Assembly: GCA_017513085.1 (NCBI GenBank)
Contig: JAFWDK010000019.1
Coordinates: 32,001-96,000, forward strand
Length of the DNA: 64,000 nucleotides
From: Clostridiales bacterium
GTDB taxonomy: Bacteria; Bacillota; Clostridia; Saccharofermentanales; Saccharofermentanaceae
Direction: 5' to 3'
Shown: positions 19,405 through 28,202 of the stretch, in pieces
How positions within the stretch are numbered: position 1 is the first letter of the stretch
Layout of the letters: each line of letters starts with the position of its first letter
Notes under the pieces: model-generated
Database searches by the model: none
The model's input: the letters and a program-made list of their open reading frames with translations, nothing else
Told to the model about the DNA's origin: nothing
Position numbers and translations under genes: made by a program

Positions 19405-19650
19405 TAAGAAAAGCACCCCAAAGATCGAATAGATCTTAAGGGTGCTATATGCACGGTTCCACCTTAACTTTTCACTTCAGATTCCAACAAATCCTAGCCT
19501 TTAACGCAGACATACGGTAACACTTACTCATTGTTCAGCATTACAGCTCGGGAATGGTTTTCGTCCGCTATCCTCATAAGTGACTTCCACCAAATGTCAC
19601 TCTCTCTGGCTGATTCACCACGGACTACTCTTTTCCGTCAATGCTTTTCT
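19405..19650 (-). promoter_or_regulatory. Thr T-box riboswitch
   Basis: Stem I with AGAGAG and GGTGGAA elements, specifier loop GAAA-ACC (Thr codon), T-box AAGGTGGAACCGTG at about 19452-19465, then terminator GCACCC...GGGTGC-TTTTCTT. Confidence 0.9.
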
Positions 19651-19665
19651 TATGTTATTAGGCTG

Positions 19666-19695
19666 ATAGTAGCAAAGACACAAGAACCTTGTCAA
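19666..19695 (-). promoter_or_regulatory. SigA promoter of the T-box-thrS transcript
   Basis: TTGACA-18 nt-TACTAT with extended TG on the minus strand. Confidence 0.65.
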
Positions 19696-19706
19696 GCCAT
19701 GATGTC

Positions 19707-19740
19707 AAAAAAGAAGGCGTGACCGAAGTCACGCCTTCTT
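19707..19740 (-). terminator. Intrinsic terminator after the SPFH gene
   Basis: Perfect 13-bp stem AAGAAGGCGTGAC-ttcg-GTCACGCCTTCTT followed by TTTT on the minus strand. Confidence 0.9.
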
Positions 19741-19761
19741 GATCGTTTTTGTTTAAGAGGA

Positions 19762-21093
19762 TCAACCCTGTGGCTGACCGCACTCACCGCAGAACTTACC
19801 GGTGTTGCCTGTCTTGCCGCACTTGCTGCATGTCCAGCCAGCGTTATCTGCCGGCTTCGGAGAACCGCAGTTTGCACAGAACTTACCTGTGTTGCCTGCC
19901 TGTCCGCAAGAGCATGTCCAGCCTGCATTTTCAACCGGCTTCGGAGAACCGCAGTTAGCGCAGAACTTGCCCTGGTTTCCGCTCTGGCCGCAAGAACATG
20001 TCCAGCCGCCTGCCGCTGCCGGAGCCTGCTGCTGCATCATCTGCTGCTGTTGCTGCATCATCTGCTGCTGCTGGAGGAAAGCCATACCCTGGTTACCCGG
20101 GTTCATTCCGCTTCCGCCGAAACCACCAACAAGGCCGACGCCCATCATAGCGTTGCCGGCACCTGCTGTATTGCCTGCAGCTGTCTTCATAGCATCAACA
20201 GAACCCTTGACCTGGTAACCGGCAGCCATGTTCGGGTTGTTACCAAACATAAGACCATCGTCCATAGCTTCGATTCTCTCTCTGGACTTCTCATCCGGAG
20301 TAATGGACATGATAGCAACTTTCTCAACGACCATACCACGGCCCTGGAGCCATTCTTCGTCAAGAACTTCGTTCATGTACTTAGCAAGCTTTACCTGCTG
20401 GCTCTGCAAGCGGTTGTACTGTACTTCTTCTCCACCGGCACCCATTCTGTTCAGAGCATCGCCGAGGTTCATGAGGAACTCAGCCTTAGCCTGACCAGGC
20501 TGTCCGTTCTTACCCATCAGTTCGTCGCGACGATAATCGCCTGCTACGTTACCGGCAATGTTCTTGAAGAACGTAACCGGGTCTACGATCTTGAATGAGA
20601 ATGTACCATTCATGCGGATGTAGATACCACGATATGTCGGATCATCGTAAGGAAGCGGAGATGCGGTGCCAAACTTATTGTCTGTCATTTCCAGCATATT
20701 TACAAAGTAAACTCTCTGCTGTGTAAGAGCCTCACCGCCGGCCTTAATACGGCCCCAGATATCAGCGCAGGATTTCTTTACGCCGTCGAGGAATCCGCTT
20801 GTGCCGAAGCAAGAAGGAGCAGAAGATGTATCCCAAGTATACATACCTGCCTCAGTTGTAAAATCTACTACACGGCCATTGTCTACCAGGATCAGTGCGG
20901 TTCCTTCCGGAACAGCGATCTTAGATCCGTTACTGATGATTTCTACATCACCTTTATTGCTACCATTACGTACGACTTTTGCACCGCGGCGGAGCAGTAC
21001 TTCCTGACCAAGTGAGTCACATGTGAAGAACTCAAGATACTGATCTCTTAAGTTTCCGCCAACAGCCTGAATTGCAGCCTTAATTAAGCCCAT
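19762..21093 (-). CDS. SPFH/Band-7 domain protein (YdjI-like) with a poly-Q linker and three C-terminal zinc-ribbon repeats
   Basis: ISNGSKIAVPEG, QRVYFVN..E....KFGT..P; three W-T-C-(S/SK)-C-G...N.GKFC..CG.P repeats. Confidence 0.85.
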   Translation of the reverse strand: MGLIKAAIQAVGGNLRDQYLEFFTCDSLGQEVLLRRGAKVVRNGSNKGDVEIISNGSKIAVPEGTALILVDNGRVVDFTTEAGMYTWDTSSAPSCFGTSGFLDGVKKSCADIWGRIKAGGEALTQQRVYFVNMLEMTDNKFGTASPLPYDDPTYRGIYIRMNGTFSFKIVDPVTFFKNIAGNVAGDYRRDELMGKNGQPGQAKAEFLMNLGDALNRMGAGGEEVQYNRLQSQQVKLAKYMNEVLDEEWLQGRGMVVEKVAIMSITPDEKSRERIEAMDDGLMFGNNPNMAAGYQVKGSVDAMKTAAGNTAGAGNAMMGVGLVGGFGGSGMNPGNQGMAFLQQQQMMQQQQQMMQQQAPAAAGGWTCSCGQSGNQGKFCANCGSPKPVENAGWTCSCGQAGNTGKFCANCGSPKPADNAGWTCSKCGKTGNTGKFCGECGQPQG

Positions 21094-21122
21094 TTTAATC
21101 TCCTCCCAAACAAGAAAAATTT

Positions 21123-21956
21123 TTAATACTCAAGCAACTGATCCACAAGCCAGACTCGCATATCAACCGTCTTGATTGCTGTACCGCAGAATTCACAAAC
21201 ATCTGTACCCAGATGGCGAACCGGAGCACCGCAATGCGGACAGTTGAAACCAACCCCTTTTGTGTCTTCCATTGCAAGCCTTGTCGCGTCAAGGATATTG
21301 ATCACTTTTACGTTGTATCGGACCTGCGTTGGAGTCGCTCGATTGCCTGATATAAATTTACCATTTCTTTCCTGGTATTGCAAATATTGTAACGAATATT
21401 GGAAGGTGATTTCCACCGTCGATGCAGTCCTTTTATAGTCGTTAATTCCACCTTTATGCACGCATACATCACGGTAAATCAGACTTTTCCCCGTGGAACG
21501 CGCAGAACCCACGATCTGGTCGATATTCTGGCACAGTGAACGGGTCACGCCGATGCCGCATGCGCAGAGTTCACGCTCGATCCGATCAATGCCGTCTCCA
21601 TTAGTCGGAGTCGTCATTTCGGTCTGCAACTGCAAGCTTTTGACCAGTACCGCCTGCGCCGCGCTCTGCATCTCACTGATATTCAGATCCGGATAGTCTC
21701 TCGCAATACGAGGAATCAAAGTCATCGAAAGATCCGATACGGATTTCGGCGGCGCCTGCACGACCTCGCGCATACTCAGATCTTCCGGTCCGACTTTACC
21801 CTGGCGGATCTCATCTTTGACTCCTTGGGTGATCATGCCGAGAAGAGAGTTACGCCATGCACGTCTCGCCTTTCTCACGCCTCCGATCACACCCAGTGTA
21901 CCCAAAAGACCCACAACAGCTACGATTGCCCATTTAACAGAAAACCATTCCGGCAT
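21123..21956 (-). CDS. Membrane-anchored TIM44-like domain protein with a C-terminal zinc ribbon
   Basis: N-terminal TM; IARDYPDLN; CPHCGAP..CEFCG..W; upstream of the SPFH gene. Confidence 0.65.
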   Translation of the reverse strand: MPEWFSVKWAIVAVVGLLGTLGVIGGVRKARRAWRNSLLGMITQGVKDEIRQGKVGPEDLSMREVVQAPPKSVSDLSMTLIPRIARDYPDLNISEMQSAAQAVLVKSLQLQTEMTTPTNGDGIDRIERELCACGIGVTRSLCQNIDQIVGSARSTGKSLIYRDVCVHKGGINDYKRTASTVEITFQYSLQYLQYQERNGKFISGNRATPTQVRYNVKVINILDATRLAMEDTKGVGFNCPHCGAPVRHLGTDVCEFCGTAIKTVDMRVWLVDQLLEY

Positions 21957-21998
21957 ATTCCTTCTCCCCCTTTTTCAGTACATGTTTCCCACTCACTC

Positions 21999-22694
21999 TT
22001 AATACTTATAAAGCACTTTTCGATCCATCGCGAGTACCGGAATCCCCCCTGGCGTCTTCTCTTTCCAGGATTCCGGAAGCACATTGTCCAGACCGGTCTG
22101 GTAAACAAGCGGAATGCCTGTCAGTTCAGATGCTTCTTTAAGCACCTTCTCTCCTTCGATCAACTCTTCTTCTGTCGTATCTTCCAAAAGGTTGGAGTTA
22201 TTAATGAAACCACTGATCGGAAGTCTTGCCGCCTCGGAGAGTTCCGATGCCATCTGACGGATGCTCTCAGCGTCCGAAGTAAACGGACGGAATGCATTGA
22301 CGACCATATACACGCGATACTCGATGTTCTTAAACCGGCTCAGCATGGCACCGAGAACTCTCGCGCCGAGGTCTTCACCGCCGATATCGAAAACGGAGAC
22401 GGTATCCTCCTGGTCAAATGCCGAATACACCTCACCGGAAAGCGCCGGTACATCAACGTTGGTATTGGCATACTCCGGAACGATAACGTGGATACCTTCG
22501 GCTTCAAGAGCATCCTTGGCATCCGCCGAACGGTAATAAGGATTCACGATATCAAGATCCGCCAGCATAACTTTGGCAGAAGGATCTTCTTTCTTCAGTT
22601 TATGTGCAAAATGTACCGACACTTCAGACTTGCCACTGCCATATGCACCGACAAACACGTAAAGCCGTACTTTCTTGTTTGTATCTTCGCTCAT
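21999..22694 (-). CDS. P-loop ATP-binding protein (MinD/ParA/CobQ-like)
   Basis: GAYGSGKSE, ADLDIVNPYYRSAD, DIGGEDLGARVLG, VVNAFRPFT. Confidence 0.85.
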   Translation of the reverse strand: MSEDTNKKVRLYVFVGAYGSGKSEVSVHFAHKLKKEDPSAKVMLADLDIVNPYYRSADAKDALEAEGIHVIVPEYANTNVDVPALSGEVYSAFDQEDTVSVFDIGGEDLGARVLGAMLSRFKNIEYRVYMVVNAFRPFTSDAESIRQMASELSEAARLPISGFINNSNLLEDTTEEELIEGEKVLKEASELTGIPLVYQTGLDNVLPESWKEKTPGGIPVLAMDRKVLYKY

Positions 22695-22716
22695 TTTGTT
22701 TCCTCGTTCAAAGAGA

Positions 22717-22747
22717 ATTCGGATGGCATGAGATCACGCCATCCGAA
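22717..22747 (-). terminator. Hairpin/terminator downstream of the lipoprotein gene
   Basis: TTCGGATGGC...GCCATCCGAA stem followed by TTCTCTTT on the minus strand. Confidence 0.55.
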
Positions 22748-22827
22748 CATTAGCATACCATTTCTTATAAGAATTGACTACAAAAGAAAGAGCCGAATAA
22801 CCGTTTCTATCTTTCTGATCAGGCGCA

Positions 22828-24513
22828 TCAGGCGCCCATGAATACCTTGACGAAAAGATCCTGCATACTCTCTCCGTTGATCAAAGGCTCATAATCATTT
22901 GCTTCGTAATTAAGATCCAGTCGCACATAGACGTCTTTCTCCGAATCCTCATCGAGGACCTTAAGTACCTCATAGGCTTTCTTCTCCCCGGACAAACGGT
23001 TCGTCGAACATGGTTGCAGACTGGTACCCGCTTTCAGCGTGACAGAACCTATTTTTTCGCGTGTCTCCGGATCGATCTGATCGACTTCAAGGTCCTTCTT
23101 GAGGCATGGAAAGATCCGTCCGTAGTAACAGTTGCATAAAGCATATTCCTGATCGATGACCGGCTTACCACTCTCATCGATGTGATAGACAGCATCCGTG
23201 CATTCGAGACCGATGACATACACTTCTTCCAAGAGGATCACTTGATCCGGATCGAAGTTCTGGCAAGGAGCTTGCAGCCACTTTCCGGAACCGCCTTTGT
23301 ACTCCGCTTTCTTTCCGATGATCTCATAGATCATGATCCCCATGTTGTTATCTTCGCCACCTGTCCAGATATAAAGGAAATCCTTACCATGAGTATGGAC
23401 AAGCGTCAGGAACTCAGCGATCTCATCACCGCCGGAACCCGATGTATCCACCTTTGTTTCCTGGTCATCGACCCGGATGGAGAAAGAACCTATCTCGTAA
23501 AACTGGTGTTCCACATCAATATCCACACGGATATTCTCTGTCTTTCCGTCCCCGTCAAGATCCCAATGGAAGTCCTTGTTCGGCGAGAGGTGAAGCACAT
23601 AGTTTTCCGGAATCGAATCGAAGAATTCTCCATTAAATACATCTTCGTTTCCAATGTATCCGATATGTGCCGGTGCACGCATGTATCTTCTGAAAATGCC
23701 GATATCATAATACACAGTGATACCAGAATAATCGATCGTAAAAGGAACATCATCCGAGTTCAGGAAAGAAAGAATATCTTTTTCCTTGTACGTCTCCAGG
23801 TCATACTCTGTCAGAGTATCCATAATGCTGTTTTTCGCCAGTTCTACGAACCGTTCTTTATCCTTGACCACATCAGAAAGAGCAATCTTTTTTCCTGTCG
23901 CCGTATCGTAGTTGATCAGGTTTTTAGAGGTCAGTTCTTTATCCATCTGTTCACTATTGGAAGGATAATAGACCGTAGCGATCTTCTCATCCGCACGGAG
24001 GACGACAGGAACAATATCCTCTACGACCTCGACTTCGCCATCTTTCGTACCGAATTTACCCATATACTCTGTTTTTTTATTCTCAAGATACTCCCCGGTA
24101 TAAGAAGCAAATGCCTTGCCATCTTCTTTGGCTGCACCATTGAGGGTTTCCGCGTTATCTCCGGAGAATAAAGGATGACCATAATATCCTAAATAGTACT
24201 CGATGCAGTTATAACCCGGATTATCATCACCCGATATGTTCTTGGGTTGGAAAGCAAAGACTTTTTCCCGAAAAATCCAAACAGGAAGATAATTGATCTT
24301 CTTAAAGGTCGGCGCATCGTAAGAGATCGTTTCTTCTTTCGATGTCTCTGTCGGTTCTTCGGATGTTTCTGTTTCTTTTTCTGAAGTAGTCGTGGTAGCT
24401 TCGGATGAAGGAGCCGTTGATTCACTTTCAGATGATGTTTCAGGATCCTGTTTCGAGCACGAACAGAAAAGCACTGACATTGCGAGTGCAACAGCTACAA
24501 TTGACTTTTTCAT
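22828..24513 (-). CDS. Large lipoprotein of unknown function
   Basis: MKK signal peptide with lipobox-like FCSC, S/T/E-rich linker, NYDTATGKKIALSDV and WDLDGDGKTE motifs. Confidence 0.8.
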   Translation of the reverse strand: MKKSIVAVALAMSVLFCSCSKQDPETSSESESTAPSSEATTTTSEKETETSEEPTETSKEETISYDAPTFKKINYLPVWIFREKVFAFQPKNISGDDNPGYNCIEYYLGYYGHPLFSGDNAETLNGAAKEDGKAFASYTGEYLENKKTEYMGKFGTKDGEVEVVEDIVPVVLRADEKIATVYYPSNSEQMDKELTSKNLINYDTATGKKIALSDVVKDKERFVELAKNSIMDTLTEYDLETYKEKDILSFLNSDDVPFTIDYSGITVYYDIGIFRRYMRAPAHIGYIGNEDVFNGEFFDSIPENYVLHLSPNKDFHWDLDGDGKTENIRVDIDVEHQFYEIGSFSIRVDDQETKVDTSGSGGDEIAEFLTLVHTHGKDFLYIWTGGEDNNMGIMIYEIIGKKAEYKGGSGKWLQAPCQNFDPDQVILLEEVYVIGLECTDAVYHIDESGKPVIDQEYALCNCYYGRIFPCLKKDLEVDQIDPETREKIGSVTLKAGTSLQPCSTNRLSGEKKAYEVLKVLDEDSEKDVYVRLDLNYEANDYEPLINGESMQDLFVKVFMGA

Positions 24514-24628
24514 AAATACACCTCTTTCCACATGATTTCATTGCCATTTGGAATAATTATATCTAAAATGCGCATTACATATGTGACACATAAGTTATCT
24601 TAAGCGTTGCCGATTGGCGTTTTGGCGC

Positions 24629-27076
24629 TCATCGAAGCTCCGCGATCGTAACGCCGTCTTCGCCTTCGCCAAAAGTACCCAGGCGGTATGTCTTTACACG
24701 GCGATCTTTCTTAAGGAACTGGTCAACTGCGGAACGCAGCGCACCGGTACCTTTGCCGTGGACGATCCGGACGTTGGAGATGTTACTTAGGACGCAATCG
24801 TCAAGATAGCTGTCGAGAGCATGCATCGCCTCATCGACCGTCATACCCAGAAGCTGGATCTCGGTCATCATGGTGGACTTCTTCTTTAAGCGCAGGTTGT
24901 CCGCACGCGATGTCGTCTTCTTTCTTGCCACATTTCTCGGTTGTGTCGCATTCTTCTTCACCTCATCCTTTTTAGGATAGCGAAGCGAGTCCGCAGCTAC
25001 CGTCAGTTTTAGCGGACCCGAAGACAAGATGCAGTTATTCTTGCTGTCCGGCCCCTTGATGACGATTCCCGTGACATCGAGAGTCGGTGAATAATACAGA
25101 CCACCTTCACGAATCTTATCCGGCTTTTCTCCCGGGATCTCCTTCGGCTCTTCGTCGCCCTCTGTCTCGGCATCGATATCAGCAAGACCGGCGCGAAGAT
25201 TATTACGGATCGCACGGATCTTTCTCTCGGCATCGTGGGAGTTCTCCATCTTCTGGATCTCCTTGATCTCATCGAGGATCGAATCGGCTTTTTCCAGAAC
25301 TTCTTCCAGCATCTCCTGCTTCTCTTCCCTAGCCTGGGCGAGCACTCTCTTTCTCTCTTTTTCGATCTGCATTCTCTGCTTATCGAGATCCTCAGACTGT
25401 CTCTTCACTTCGTCACGAAGATCGGCGATCTCTTTCTGAAGTTTCTCGCTCTCACGGTTATGACGTTCTGCGGAAGAAAGAAGTTCTTCCACCTTCAGAC
25501 TCTCCTCGGAAAGGATGCTCTGTGCCGAGTCGATAATGTGATGCGGTAAGCCCAGTTTTCTCGAGATCACGAATGCATTACTTACACCCGGAAGACCGAT
25601 CATGAGGCGATATGTCGGAGACAATGTCTCGGTATCAAATTCACAGCAGGCATTCTCCACCCCTTCCTGTTCGACCGCATAGGCTTTCAGCTCTTTGTAA
25701 TGCGTGGTGGCGACTGTGACGGCGCCCTTTTTCCGGCATTCATCCAGGATCGCAATAGCCAGTGCCGCGCCTTCAGACGGATCGGTTCCGCTTCCAAGTT
25801 CATCAACAAGGACCAGTGTAGTCGGCTTGGTCAGTTTCAGGATCTGCACGATGTTGGTCATATGCGCCGAGAACGTCGACAGGCTCTGTTCGATGCTCTG
25901 CTCATCACCGATATCCGCGAGTACCTTCGTAAATGTCGATACTTCCGAGCCGTCCAGGCAAGGAATGAAAAGTCCGGCCATCGCCATCAGGGAGATCAGG
26001 CCGCACGTCTTTAAAGATACGGTCTTACCACCGGTATTCGGTCCCGTGATGACTAGCGTACGGTAATCGGTGCCGACAACGAAATTGATCGGCACGACAC
26101 GGTCCTTATCGATCAAAGGATGACGCGCTTTTTTCAGGATAATACGTCCCTCCTGATTAAAGAGCGGACGGATCGCTTCCATCTCCAGCGCATATTGTGC
26201 TTTCGCCTGCATAAAATCGATGTGGGCAATGAGCTCGATGTCCATCAGGATCGCGTCTTTGCTGATACCGACTTTGCCGGTGAGGATACCCAGGATACGG
26301 TTGATTTCTTCCTGTTCGGCCGCGGTCCACTCACGGATCTTGTTATTCAGTTCCACAACAGCCATCGGCTCGATAAACAGTGTCTGCCCGGAAGCAGATG
26401 TGTCGTGTACGACACCCGGGATCTCACCCTTTTTCTCCGGCTTGACCGGAACACAATAACGGCCGTCACGCATGGTAACCAATTGATCCTGAAGGGCCTG
26501 AGGATTCTTACGGATCAAGCGGTCGAGGATCTCTCGGATACTGCTCTGGGCATCACGGATCTGACGGCGGATCGCATAGAGTTCATTACTGGCACGGTCA
26601 TTCATCTCATTCTCGCCATTAATACACATTGAGATCTCTTTTTCAAGAGCCTCCAAAGGTTCAAGACGCTTCAACTCCTGCATCAGGAGATTATCGTCAG
26701 GATTGTCCAGTGCTTTTGGCGTCACAGCATGCAGACGCTCAACGGTACGAAGGAACGAGGCAACGTGCAGAAGATGCTTCATGGTCAGTGTTGCACCGGT
26801 GTCGGAAAACTTCACGGCATCGCGGATATCGTTGACTCCGCCTAGCGGGAGTGCTCCTTCTTTAACAAGGAATGCCAGGGCATCTTCGGTTTCTTTCTGC
26901 CAGACTTCCACCAGTTTCAGATCGGAAGTCGGTAATAAGCCATAGCACAATTCACGCCCGTAAACAGTACGAGCGTGATTGACTAAGCGATCGAGTATCT
27001 TGTCATACTCTAATATGGATAAGGATCGGCCACGGACAAGCTTTCTTTGTGCCTCTTCTTCAAATGTTGTATACAT
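24629..27076 (-). CDS. mutS2: Endonuclease MutS2
   Basis: ARHPL, ITGPNTGGKTVSLKT, DIGDEQSIEQSLSTFSAHM, DELGSGTDP, C-terminal Smr domain IVHGKGTGALR. Confidence 0.97.
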   Translation of the reverse strand: MYTTFEEEAQRKLVRGRSLSILEYDKILDRLVNHARTVYGRELCYGLLPTSDLKLVEVWQKETEDALAFLVKEGALPLGGVNDIRDAVKFSDTGATLTMKHLLHVASFLRTVERLHAVTPKALDNPDDNLLMQELKRLEPLEALEKEISMCINGENEMNDRASNELYAIRRQIRDAQSSIREILDRLIRKNPQALQDQLVTMRDGRYCVPVKPEKKGEIPGVVHDTSASGQTLFIEPMAVVELNNKIREWTAAEQEEINRILGILTGKVGISKDAILMDIELIAHIDFMQAKAQYALEMEAIRPLFNQEGRIILKKARHPLIDKDRVVPINFVVGTDYRTLVITGPNTGGKTVSLKTCGLISLMAMAGLFIPCLDGSEVSTFTKVLADIGDEQSIEQSLSTFSAHMTNIVQILKLTKPTTLVLVDELGSGTDPSEGAALAIAILDECRKKGAVTVATTHYKELKAYAVEQEGVENACCEFDTETLSPTYRLMIGLPGVSNAFVISRKLGLPHHIIDSAQSILSEESLKVEELLSSAERHNRESEKLQKEIADLRDEVKRQSEDLDKQRMQIEKERKRVLAQAREEKQEMLEEVLEKADSILDEIKEIQKMENSHDAERKIRAIRNNLRAGLADIDAETEGDEEPKEIPGEKPDKIREGGLYYSPTLDVTGIVIKGPDSKNNCILSSGPLKLTVAADSLRYPKKDEVKKNATQPRNVARKKTTSRADNLRLKKKSTMMTEIQLLGMTVDEAMHALDSYLDDCVLSNISNVRIVHGKGTGALRSAVDQFLKKDRRVKTYRLGTFGEGEDGVTIAELR

Positions 27077-27088
27077 ACTTTCCTTTTC

Positions 27089-28138
27089 TTAGGAGAGGAG
27101 CTTCGACCTTTCAACATCTTCCATATTGATGCTCTTGCTCATGGAAAGTCCCTCTTCTATATCTACATCACTGATCTCACCATGCTTATAGACGATGAGA
27201 CGGTTTAATTTCTTCTGTTGGATACACTCGATGGCGTGAATACCCATAAGGCTGGCCATCGTTCTGTCACGAAGCGATGGGCTTCCGCCTCTCTGCAGGT
27301 GTCCGAGGATCGTCGGACGGGACTCGATCTCGGTAGCTTCTTCGATCTGCTTCGCAATCTCGGTCGCACTGCCTGCACCCTCAGCCACGATGACGATGTA
27401 ATGACGCTTGCCGCGGTTTCTGCCATCGAGGATCGTGCGGATGACATCCTTGATGTCCCATGGTACTTCCGGCAAAAGGATCAGCTCGGCACCGGTCGCA
27501 ATACCTACGTTCAAAGCGATATAGCCGGCGTGTCTGCCCATGACTTCGATGACACTGCAACGCTCGTGCGAAGAAGCAGTATCACGGAGTTTGTCGATAG
27601 CTTCCATCGCGGTATTCATTGCCGTATCGTAACCAATCGTATAGTCGGTAGAAGCAATATCGTTGTCGATCGTTCCCGGAATACCGATCACCGGAATTCC
27701 AAGTCTGGCCAGGTCTCTTGCACCGCGGTAAGAACCGTCACCACCGATAACGATCATGCAATCGATACCGAATACTTCACAGTTCTTCGCACCCTTGAGA
27801 ACGCCTTCCGGTGTCTCCCAGCTCTTGGATCTCGCGGTCATCAGGAAGGTACCGCCACGCTGCAGTGTCTCGGAAACATCTCTGTGGCCGAGTTCCTTGA
27901 TCTCGCCTTTCCAAAGGCCATGGTAACCACGGGTCACGCCCATCATCTTGAAACCGGCTTTGGTTCCTGCACGTACGACCGCACGGATCGTGGCATTCAT
28001 GCCCGGCGCATCACCACCACTGGTCAGCACGCCTATGCCGTGTACCGCCGGTTCCTCGTCCGGATTCACATTATCATAATTCTTCGCTACCATTTCCTTC
28101 AGATTTGGCAGATTATCATTTCCGTATTGTTCAAACAT
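27089..28138 (-). CDS. pfkA: 6-phosphofructokinase (ATP-type motifs)
   Basis: LTSGGDAPGMNA, GGDGS, PGTIDND, EVMGR, LGHLQRGG; about 30-aa N-terminal extension. Confidence 0.96.
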   Translation of the reverse strand: MFEQYGNDNLPNLKEMVAKNYDNVNPDEEPAVHGIGVLTSGGDAPGMNATIRAVVRAGTKAGFKMMGVTRGYHGLWKGEIKELGHRDVSETLQRGGTFLMTARSKSWETPEGVLKGAKNCEVFGIDCMIVIGGDGSYRGARDLARLGIPVIGIPGTIDNDIASTDYTIGYDTAMNTAMEAIDKLRDTASSHERCSVIEVMGRHAGYIALNVGIATGAELILLPEVPWDIKDVIRTILDGRNRGKRHYIVIVAEGAGSATEIAKQIEEATEIESRPTILGHLQRGGSPSLRDRTMASLMGIHAIECIQQKKLNRLIVYKHGEISDVDIEEGLSMSKSINMEDVERSKLLS

Positions 28139-28202
28139 ATTATTTCTCTCCTCATAAAAGCGATTACACTGCATTTTTGCGCTACTATTATACCAAATCC
28201 CC

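Noticed and set aside
19762-20010. ~84-bp periodic repeats that could suggest a CRISPR-like array
   Set aside because: They are in-frame coding repeats of the Zn-ribbon units with synonymous variation; no unique spacers or cas genes.
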